Shown piece after piece: positions 1 through 7,571 of a stretch of DNA of 39,664 bases. The position numbers and the translations under genes were made by a program. The stretch is from Pedosphaera sp. (GTDB lineage: Bacteria > Verrucomicrobiota > Verrucomicrobiia > Limisphaerales > SIBH01): NCBI GenBank assembly GCA_031414955.1, contig JANOQV010000143.1, positions 1-39,664 of the forward strand, given 5' to 3'. The number at the start of each line of letters is the position of its first letter. Position 1 is the first letter of the stretch. The notes under the pieces are model-generated. The model made no database searches, was not told where the DNA came from, and was given only the letters and a program-made list of their open reading frames with translations.

Positions 1-453
1 GGCGACTTCTCGCACTTCCTCGGCCTCTACTCGCCCGACAAGCTGCCCAGCGGTCGCCGCCTGCGGCAGATGATGAACAGCTTCGTGTTCTGCATCGAGG
101 GCTGGGACAACGACGAGCGCGAGATTCACAGCATCCCGGAAATCCGGCGGTTCTATTCCGCGTTCCACGAGGCGTGGCCCTACTGGCTCTACTTCTGCAA
201 TCTGGACACCGACACGCTGCGGACGATGACCATGTGCTGCATGAACTCGCTCACCGCCATCAAGGTGGACGGCAGCCCGCAGGTGCAGGTGGAATACGAG
301 CCGATGGAACTTCTGCAATTTCTCGCCCGCGACCTGAACCACATGAACGCCATGTGCGACCGGGGTGAGATGTTCGAGAGCCTGATTTACGACCGGTCGA
401 AAGCGGCGTTCGAGTATTTTTGTTTGCCCTACGACGCGCCGCCTCCGGGCTGA
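1..453 (+). CDS. CRR6/DUF1817-like domain protein, 5'-truncated by the window edge
   Basis: Frame is open from base 1. GWDNDEREIHSIPEIRRFYSAFHEAWPYW resembles the D-x-RE-x2-IPE-x-R...PYW/PW signature of CRR6-like proteins. Confidence 0.5.
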   Translation, partial: GDFSHFLGLYSPDKLPSGRRLRQMMNSFVFCIEGWDNDEREIHSIPEIRRFYSAFHEAWPYWLYFCNLDTDTLRTMTMCCMNSLTAIKVDGSPQVQVEYEPMELLQFLARDLNHMNAMCDRGEMFESLIYDRSKAAFEYFCLPYDAPPPG

Positions 454-582
454 CAACCCCGCCGAGGGCGTCCTTGTTTCCAAAGCCGCTTCCGTCTACA
501 ACATTCCCGTGCCCCGATGTCGGGGCGGACTCACATCATGTAAACAAACACAGATAATTTTGCGTAGCTACGGCTACGGCCT

Positions 583-692
583 CACGAGAAAACCGCGAAT
601 TTTCACAGTGCAGAGGCCCAGCCGCCAGCACGCGCCCATCGGGCGCGGCTTGGCGTGCTCTCTGCACAAGGCGCTTCGCGGTGCCTCTCGTG
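583..692 (+). ncRNA. Candidate structured RNA/DNA rod hairpin (110 nt)
   Basis: Nested complementary segments 583-589/686-692, 592-599/675-682, 608-615/660-667, 623-629/648-655 and 631-637/641-647 (ATC loop). Confidence 0.5.
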
Positions 693-723
693 GGGGCGCG
701 TTGAGTTCGCGCCCCTTCTTTTT
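693..723 (+). terminator. Intrinsic terminator-like hairpin upstream of the TPR-FtsK gene
   Basis: GGGGCGCG-TTGAGTT-CGCGCCCC followed by TTCTTTTT. Confidence 0.7.
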
Positions 724-756
724 CGCCGTAGTCCCGGCAGCGCGGGAAATAAAGCT

Positions 757-3621
757 ATGGCGTTTTTCTGGTTCAATCCGTTTTCAGGCGAGAAGCTCTC
801 GTCGCAGTTCGTTCATTACCTCCAAGCCAGCAACTACGTTGGCGACATCACTTCCGCAATCACCACTTCGGCGGCAGTGGGGGCGGTCGAGCAGCGCCGG
901 GCCATCGAGCAAGCATCGAGTCAGGTGGTCGGGTCACTGCGACACGGGTTCGACCGAATGGCCAAGCTCAACACCGAACTCAAGTCGGTAATGGATTGGC
1001 GGCTGTCGGTCGTCGCCGACCAGCAGCGGGTTGGCAATCTGCTCACGCGCAACGTCGCGCTCCTGCTCCGCATCCCTGACTCCGAGAAGGAGCGCGAGAA
1101 CCTCGTGCGCGAGGGCTTCCGTTTCTACCAGAACGCTTCCATCGACGCCGACCTCTACACCGACGCACTGGATTACTTGCTCCGGGCCGAGGCGTTGAAG
1201 AAGCAGGATTACTTCGTCCTCCATCGCCTCGGCATGATTTACCTGCACGCGCCGGACGCCAAGGTGCGTGACCTCGCCAAAGCCGAGGACTATTTCCGCC
1301 GGGCAGCCAAGTATGCGCTGGTTGAGAACGACCCTCGCGCCGAACCGCTCGTGCGGTTGCTGAGTGGAAGCGTGGACGCACCCTTAGACGCCCAGCCCCT
1401 TTCCGGTCTGACGGTGCGTAATCTTGCGGCGGAATCACTGCTGCGTGCCGCCGTGGCGTGCCATGTGCAGGAGAAGTTCACTGAGGCCGCTGAGTTGGCG
1501 CAGCGAGCCTTCACGGTCGCGCCTAGCTTGTTGGAAGCTGTCTACACAAGGGCGCTGGCGCTCGGACAGTCGGGCGATGCAACGGAAGTCCCGAAGCTGC
1601 TCGCACGGGTCATCGCTCAGGAACCGGTCTACGGAATCAGGGCCGCGCTTGATTTTGCGACCAACCCGGAGGCCGTCACTTTGTTGTCGCGATTGAAAGA
1701 CCGTGCCGTCACGCGAGCGCGTCACCTTCTGGCTGGTTGCAAGAAAGCAGTCGTGCCCGGCAGCGCCGCTCTGCCTGTCCTTGATTCCATCGCGTCGCTG
1801 ACAGAACGGAACACGTTGCTCGATGCCACGGATGCGTGGAATGCGATGACTCAGCCGACACGCATCGCCGGTGCAGAGGCAGCCAGCCTTTATCAGTTTA
1901 TCTTGCGTGAGCGCCCAAGCCGGAACGAGCAGACAACATCAGGCGCGTCGAACATGGGTGCCAACGCGGCCAGCATGGTTGCGGCGACGCTGGCCAGTCT
2001 TGGCCTGCCGTGCGCTGTCACGGAGGTCGCGTCCACATCCTCGTTCACACGCTGCGTGCTGCGGCGGTCGTCGGACGCCACGGATGAGAACATTGCCACG
2101 GAAGTCCATGCGCTGATTCCAAACATCGCGGTGTCCCTTTTCGTCGAAGAACTCCGAGTCAGTCCCGGCGATGACGATGGAGAAGTCCGGGTGGAATTGC
2201 CTACGCCGCTCGATGCACGTCCTGCGTTGGCCACGTTGCTCAAGTCTCAGGCTTGGAAAGACAGTTCGGCGGTGATGCCAGTGCTGCTCGGTGTAGACGA
2301 AGCGGGCACGGAGCAAATCGCTGACCTCACGTCACTCGGCCACGCGGTCGTCGTGGGGGCTGATGAGCAGCAGGTCGCCGAGGTTTTGCGTTCACTGACC
2401 GCCTGCCTGATGAATCGTCATGGCCCTGATTCCTTGCGGGTCGTAGTAGGTGCTGCGTGCGCCGAGGACACGCGGCAGGTCTACTTACTCCCCCAAGCTC
2501 TCGCTCCGTGTGCGACCGAACGGGACGTTGACGCCAACACGGAGTTATTCGCTTACGATTCCGGTGAAGGCTGTTGTCCTCGTCTCGCACCACTGATGGC
2601 GTTCCAGTCCGTGTCTGAGGACGAAAAGCTGGGTGCAACCTTGGATTGGGTTGTTGAGGAAATCCGGCTACGGTGTGAGGCGTTCGCTGATGCCGACGTA
2701 GACGATTTTAGCTCCTACAATTCACGACCCGAAACCGAGTCCGCTGGTGAGGCAACGCTCGAAGCGAGCTTCGTCTTCCTCAACGGCACACCATATTCCA
2801 ACGTCCATCGTGAACATCGCAGTGACCATTTCGGGTTGCCTCCGAGGCTGTGCCGCTTGGCCATCATCTTGCAGGAGTCGAGCGACGTGACTATTGGCTT
2901 CGTCTACGAAGCTGCGTTGAGGGAAATCCTCAAGAACGGGCCGAGCGCGGGAGTTCACTGCGTCCTTGGCGTGACCGACGCAAAATCAGAGGCGCTTGCT
3001 TACGCGAGCGACTGCGGAGTCCGGCACCGGTTGCACCTCAAGACATCCTCGCACAGTTCTGTCCCCGGCACGGGAGCACTGTTCGGCAATGGCGAGATGA
3101 TTTGCGTGTCACCAGATGGAAGCCATGCGCGAGTCCATGCGGCACGGTTCGGGGCAGCGGATTTTCCAGAGCTTGCTGACAGCGGTGAACGAGCGGAGTC
3201 ATCGGGCGGTGGTGCGATGAAGGGAACGGCCAAGAGCAATTCTAGCCGTGCATCGGCCAGCACAGTTCGGAAACAGTGGGTCGCCGTCTATGGCCCGCTC
3301 TTTCGCAGCGGCACGGTCGCCCACACGCTCGGCCAACTTCACGACGACCTGAGCGATTACTTTCCTCAACACTTTGGCGGCAGAACTCTTGACGCCGCCG
3401 TGAACCAGTTGATTGCGACTGGGCACAGCATCGTCGCCGTCGAGGATGGCCAACTTCGAGTGTTCAACCGGACACCGCAAGCCGCGCTGCCAGCAGAGAT
3501 GTTGAGCAGCCTTGAACGGGAAGTCGGGCTTTCCCATTTTCCGAAGGTCATCTACAGCAGCAAGTATGGAGGCCCGACCACAGCCTTGCCTCGTGAGTCC
3601 GTAATCCAAAGGGGCACCTGA
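757..3621 (+). CDS. TPR-repeat protein fused to a degenerate FtsK/SpoIIIE-like domain
   Basis: ATG at 757 lies after the terminator. N-terminal half is helical and TPR-like (DYFVLHRLGMIYLH, AVYTRALALGQSGD). C-terminal half aligns by eye to the FtsK alpha and motor domains (MPVLLGVDEAGTEQIADLTSLGHAVVVG, LDWVVEEIRLR, GPSAGVHCVL), but the Walker motifs are altered. Confidence 0.7.
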   Translation: MAFFWFNPFSGEKLSSQFVHYLQASNYVGDITSAITTSAAVGAVEQRRAIEQASSQVVGSLRHGFDRMAKLNTELKSVMDWRLSVVADQQRVGNLLTRNVALLLRIPDSEKERENLVREGFRFYQNASIDADLYTDALDYLLRAEALKKQDYFVLHRLGMIYLHAPDAKVRDLAKAEDYFRRAAKYALVENDPRAEPLVRLLSGSVDAPLDAQPLSGLTVRNLAAESLLRAAVACHVQEKFTEAAELAQRAFTVAPSLLEAVYTRALALGQSGDATEVPKLLARVIAQEPVYGIRAALDFATNPEAVTLLSRLKDRAVTRARHLLAGCKKAVVPGSAALPVLDSIASLTERNTLLDATDAWNAMTQPTRIAGAEAASLYQFILRERPSRNEQTTSGASNMGANAASMVAATLASLGLPCAVTEVASTSSFTRCVLRRSSDATDENIATEVHALIPNIAVSLFVEELRVSPGDDDGEVRVELPTPLDARPALATLLKSQAWKDSSAVMPVLLGVDEAGTEQIADLTSLGHAVVVGADEQQVAEVLRSLTACLMNRHGPDSLRVVVGAACAEDTRQVYLLPQALAPCATERDVDANTELFAYDSGEGCCPRLAPLMAFQSVSEDEKLGATLDWVVEEIRLRCEAFADADVDDFSSYNSRPETESAGEATLEASFVFLNGTPYSNVHREHRSDHFGLPPRLCRLAIILQESSDVTIGFVYEAALREILKNGPSAGVHCVLGVTDAKSEALAYASDCGVRHRLHLKTSSHSSVPGTGALFGNGEMICVSPDGSHARVHAARFGAADFPELADSGERAESSGGGAMKGTAKSNSSRASASTVRKQWVAVYGPLFRSGTVAHTLGQLHDDLSDYFPQHFGGRTLDAAVNQLIATGHSIVAVEDGQLRVFNRTPQAALPAEMLSSLEREVGLSHFPKVIYSSKYGGPTTALPRESVIQRGT

Positions 3622-3673
3622 GCGTGAACGAGCGAAAACTAACCCCACTGTTTGCTTCGACCGCACAACGAAC

Positions 3674-4021
3674 GTGAAAGGCGACAACGAAGAAATCGAC
3701 TGGACTGCCGACCCGGCAGACCCGGACGACGACACCAGCGCGGTAGATGCGCTGGTTCCTCACGGTGCGCTCAAACGCGCACTCGATGCCGCAGGCTTCG
3801 TGGACGTGAAGATTAGAAGCGACCACATTGACCGGCCAGTGCATCTCACGATGAGGCTCGGTCGGAATCCACCTTACGCCTCGGTGCGTGATGTGCGCGT
3901 GGCCGTGCAGCGTGTCGTCAGGAGCATCGGGTTCACGGTGCGCCGTGACGGGTATTTACTCCGTCTGCACACGGGCCGCGTGACGGCAAAGTTCCGAATC
4001 GCCAAGCGGCGACCGAGTTGA
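3674..4021 (+). CDS. Hypothetical protein, paralogue of 23844..24353
   Basis: ORF fills the gap between neighbours. Shares IDWTxDxxDPD, AAGF and LRLxxxRxxAxF motifs with the ORF next to the integrase. Confidence 0.65.
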   Translation: MKGDNEEIDWTADPADPDDDTSAVDALVPHGALKRALDAAGFVDVKIRSDHIDRPVHLTMRLGRNPPYASVRDVRVAVQRVVRSIGFTVRRDGYLLRLHTGRVTAKFRIAKRRPS

Positions 4022-4046
4022 CAGGCGTGTGATGATTCTTGTCCCT

Positions 4047-5264
4047 ATGCGCGTTGAACTTTTGAAGAATCTGTTGGCTGTGCCATCGCCATCTCATCAG
4101 GAGAAAGCGATGGCCGAGTTCATTGTGCGCCACGTTGAACAGATGGGGCCGCGCTCTGGTGTTCGTTGCCGCGTTGATGAACACAACAACGTCTACATCA
4201 CCAAAGGAGACGCTGAGTTCCTCCCGTGCGTGGCCGCGCACATCGACACGGTTCACCGGCTTGCCCCCGCAACGATAGTTCAGCACGGCGGGCTGCTCGT
4301 CGGCTTTGATGAAGCCGGTCGGCGCACCGGCATCGGCGGTGATGACAAGGCGGGCGTCTTCATCTGTCTGGAACTGCTCGAACGCTTCGACAACATCGCC
4401 GTGGTGCTCTTCGCGGCGGAGGAAGTCGGCTGCCTCGGCTCCCGAAACGCTGACCCGGAATTTTTCGAGCGCGTCGGCTACGTCATCGAGTTCGACTGTC
4501 CCGGTCGTGGTCTGGTCAGCTACACGTCGGGCGGCGTGCGCCTCTTCCAGAACGACGGCGACTTCATCACCGCCGCGCTGCCCATCATGTGCCGACACGG
4601 AGCGTTGAACTGGCAGCACCATCCGTTCTCAGACGTGAAGACGATTGGCCGGAGGTTTGGGTTGTGCTGCCTGAACGTCTCGTCCGGTTACTACAACTGG
4701 CACCGTCACGACGAGTTCGTGAAACTGGCCGACGTGGAACACGCGCTCGCCTTCGGCACCGACTTGATTCGTGCTCTGGGCAATCGCCGCTACGATTTTG
4801 ACAGCAGTGTGCCGGACTTGGCTGACCCTGCTGTGTCCGTCACCGGCCTCAACCTCGTTACATTGATGAACCCGCTCGATTGGAACTGGAAGACCAACAC
4901 ACCGTTCGACCCAGCGAACTCAGACCCGTGGCTTGAGTCACTCGTCCGCCACACCAGCGACATGCCCGAAGCTGGGCAGCGTGCCTCGGTGATTGTGTTG
5001 CGCTCCGTGCTCAACGAAGACGCCTACGTCTGCACCGCGAGTGAGCCGCCAACCGACGCTCAACACGGCGCGTGGCTCCCGTGGCACGTTCAGCGCGGTC
5101 GCGTTGACACAGCCGAACTCGGCACGCCCGGCGTGCTGCTTGTTCACGAGGTGCTCGCTGGCGCAGCCGAGGATGAACCATTTGTTGCGACCACCTTGAA
5201 GGCGCGGGCTTGGATGGACACCGGCTACGACCCGGAAGGATTTTTTGGCGCAAGAAAGGGGTGA
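4047..5264 (+). CDS. M28/M20-clan zinc peptidase-like protein with a ~130-aa C-terminal extension
   Basis: Metal-ligand motifs AHIDTVH, GGDDKAG, AAEEVG, EFD and GYYNWH. Confidence 0.8.
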   Translation: MRVELLKNLLAVPSPSHQEKAMAEFIVRHVEQMGPRSGVRCRVDEHNNVYITKGDAEFLPCVAAHIDTVHRLAPATIVQHGGLLVGFDEAGRRTGIGGDDKAGVFICLELLERFDNIAVVLFAAEEVGCLGSRNADPEFFERVGYVIEFDCPGRGLVSYTSGGVRLFQNDGDFITAALPIMCRHGALNWQHHPFSDVKTIGRRFGLCCLNVSSGYYNWHRHDEFVKLADVEHALAFGTDLIRALGNRRYDFDSSVPDLADPAVSVTGLNLVTLMNPLDWNWKTNTPFDPANSDPWLESLVRHTSDMPEAGQRASVIVLRSVLNEDAYVCTASEPPTDAQHGAWLPWHVQRGRVDTAELGTPGVLLVHEVLAGAAEDEPFVATTLKARAWMDTGYDPEGFFGARKG

Positions 5265-5382
5265 ACAAGGAAGGCGTAGTCTCGACCGGCGCGGAACTGA
5301 AAGCCGAGCTTTTCCAATTCGAGTTAAATCGGGAGTTGTTTTTCAATCGCCATGCTGCTCGCCGCTTTCGTAAGAGACGCCC

Positions 5383-5859
5383 ATGCAACTACCTTTGAAC
5401 AAGCCCGCGCTCGACGCGCACAAGCAACTGTATCCAGTGTCCTGCATCCCCATGACCGTCGAACTCGTGCTCAAACAACTCGGACGAGTCGCGGTAGATT
5501 TCTACGACCTCCAACACCAATGGAGAAACAAGTCGAATGGCAGCTTCGGCGACTTTGATGGACGCACCATCGAGGGCGTTACTTTTCACGCACGGTTCTG
5601 TCAGCCTCGCGATGAGCAATTTCCGTTCAACGAACTATTCAATGCCATTGAGGCAGAGCTTCGCGCCGGTCGTTACGTCATCGTCTCCTTGTCGGTAGCA
5701 GGTGGATGGCACATGCACGTCATCTACGCACAGGAGGCGGACGGGGATTTTCTTGCTGTGACCAAGAATGGTTTCGGGCAGACGCAGTATCTCGAAAGCG
5801 TGAAGCGCGCTATCACCGAAATGCGTGGAACGGACATTCTTGTCTACGACCTGCCTTAG
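5383..5859 (+). CDS. Putative papain-fold (C39-like) cysteine peptidase
   Basis: N-terminal Q-x5-C (QLYPVSC) and AIEAELRAGRYVIVSL...GWHMHVIY, matching the C39-like layout. Confidence 0.5.
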   Translation: MQLPLNKPALDAHKQLYPVSCIPMTVELVLKQLGRVAVDFYDLQHQWRNKSNGSFGDFDGRTIEGVTFHARFCQPRDEQFPFNELFNAIEAELRAGRYVIVSLSVAGGWHMHVIYAQEADGDFLAVTKNGFGQTQYLESVKRAITEMRGTDILVYDLP

Positions 5860-5883
5860 CATCTGCGACGAGGGGAATTGAGA

Positions 5884-6273
5884 TTAGTGCGGGCGGACAG
5901 TCGAGATGGGGCGTCCCACGGAAATGAAAACGCTCTTCGTGACGATGCCGACTGCGCCCGCAGATGCGCCACGACTTTGCGTTTCAGTCATGCGTTGACG
6001 GTATACGTCGGCTGGCAACGAAATGACCTCGAACGAGCCATCGCTCTGCTCGAACGCAGCGATGACTGCGTCGAGGCGTTCGAGCATCAGGTAAGTGACG
6101 CCAACGCTCTGTGTCTTTTGGCCAGCGCACTTGATGACGACGCGCTGACCGTTTAAGTCCGCCTCATTGCTTGTATCTCCACGCATCGTTGCGCCGATTG
6201 CCTGCGCGATGCGTGGTGCGGTCTGCCGACCGAAGGCATCTCCTGCTGCTCCTGAGTCTTGGTCTTGCGGCAT
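5884..6273 (-). CDS. Hypothetical protein (weak PD-(D/E)xK-like appearance)
   Basis: Clear GAGGT RBS before the ATG. NEADLNGQRVVIK segment. Confidence 0.55.
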   Translation of the reverse strand: MPQDQDSGAAGDAFGRQTAPRIAQAIGATMRGDTSNEADLNGQRVVIKCAGQKTQSVGVTYLMLERLDAVIAAFEQSDGSFEVISLPADVYRQRMTETQSRGASAGAVGIVTKSVFISVGRPISTVRPH

Positions 6274-6282
6274 GTGTTTACC

Positions 6283-6459
6283 TCAGTCCTCGCAATCCAC
6301 GGTGATGTGGCCTTGGTCGTCGTTGACGTATGCTTTCTTCCCCGACATCGCGTGTTGGAACCAGTAGTCGATGCCGCATCTGCTGTCCGGGCCGTCGATG
6401 ACTTCCCAGTCGTCACGCCGGGTGCCCGTGGACTTGCACAGTTCGTCGAGTGCTTTCAC
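6283..6459 (-). CDS. Small acidic hypothetical protein (start uncertain)
   Basis: GTG start at 6459 gives 58 aa. Its stop overlaps the RBS of the next gene, suggesting an operon. Confidence 0.45.
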   Translation of the reverse strand: MKALDELCKSTGTRRDDWEVIDGPDSRCGIDYWFQHAMSGKKAYVNDDQGHITVDCED

Positions 6460-6565
6460 GGGCGCGATTGAATCACGGGCGCGGGCGATGCGCCAGTAGA
6501 CGCTGTGCCGATGCTTGACCCTTCGCCTTCGCTTGCAGCACCCTTTGCCATACACCAACATACCA

Positions 6566-6967
6566 ATGAAGAACATCGTTGTTGAAGTTCCGCGCACCGG
6601 CGCATCGGTTGAACTCGTTCTCCGTGCAGGCGCATCCTCTGGTCAGGTGGTCATTGTGGCATCGGACGATGTGGAGGTTCGCTTGGCGGAGCCTGCACGC
6701 GCTGTTGTAGCTCGTCCGAAATCATCTTCTGACACGAGGAAGGCACTCGCCGCAAAAGCGCCAGCCTACGACCTCGACGTAATCCTCAAACGCCTTCGGA
6801 AGCTCAAGCCGACCAGACGCGCCGCCGCCGCCAATTCCATCAAGGCGATGTTTCAGTTCGATGGAGCAATCAGTGACGAAACCGCCAACAACATTCTCGA
6901 AGACCTTCGCAAGCGCGGCTCAGTGTCGATTGATGCCAACGACAAACTCGTGCTTCGTAACACATAG
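6566..6967 (+). CDS. Hypothetical protein with a C-terminal winged-helix-like domain
   Basis: KPTRRAAAANSIKAMF...ISDETANNILEDLRKRGSVSID resembles the C-terminal domain seen on some PIN-domain proteins. Confidence 0.55.
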   Translation: MKNIVVEVPRTGASVELVLRAGASSGQVVIVASDDVEVRLAEPARAVVARPKSSSDTRKALAAKAPAYDLDVILKRLRKLKPTRRAAAANSIKAMFQFDGAISDETANNILEDLRKRGSVSIDANDKLVLRNT

Positions 6968-7010
6968 CTTGCCGTCGCGAACTGCTCTCAAGCAACTTGC
7001 CTCACACCAC

Positions 7011-7571
7011 ATGCCTAAACCCAAACTCGGTTACTTGCTGTTTGACCTGCCGGGCGACCATGAAATTGAATCGGCACTCGCGACCGAATGCAAAGTCATC
7101 GAATCGCTTATTCATAACATGCGAATGAAGGCTCGCGTGAAGCGCGTCTGCGTGGCTTCGACTGAGAAGTTCAAGGTGTATCCTACCTACCGTTACCGAG
7201 TTCAATTCGTCCATCTAGCCTGTCATGGGGGTAAGAAAGGGGTTGGTATGCTGGGTGGAACCATGAAGTGGGCACAGGTGGCCAACCAGATTACAAAGCA
7301 CCTGCATAAACTCGATGCCGACCAGAAGCGGGTTATGGTCTTCTCATGCTGCCACTCCTCGGACGGCTTCCACGCCACGAAGGGTGCATTGCAGAACTAT
7401 TTCACCGGGGCGTATTTCTTCAAAGAGGAGACGATACCTTTTTCTCACGCGCTAACCATTTGGGCGATGTTCTACTTGAAAAAGCGTCTTTCAAAACCAC
7501 ATGGAGCTATCGTCGAGGCTGTGAACGAGTTTTTTGGTGAGGAGAAGCTCGTGTTCAGGCCGTATCCGTAG
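7011..7571 (+). CDS. Stand-alone CHAT/caspase-like cysteine protease domain protein
   Basis: VHLACHG (His) and VMVFSCC (Cys) match the caspase-HetF dyad. Visibly lower GC than the polymerase gene next to it. Confidence 0.65.
   Translation: MPKPKLGYLLFDLPGDHEIESALATECKVIESLIHNMRMKARVKRVCVASTEKFKVYPTYRYRVQFVHLACHGGKKGVGMLGGTMKWAQVANQITKHLHKLDADQKRVMVFSCCHSSDGFHATKGALQNYFTGAYFFKEETIPFSHALTIWAMFYLKKRLSKPHGAIVEAVNEFFGEEKLVFRPYP

Noticed and set aside
655..756. Upstream TTG/GTG extension of the TPR-FtsK ORF
   Set aside because: It runs through the hairpin and terminator. ATG 757 is more plausible.
5265..7010. Integron cassette array suggested by short, tightly packed ORFs
   Set aside because: Mixed orientations, no recognisable attC boundaries, and the integrase is not IntI-like.
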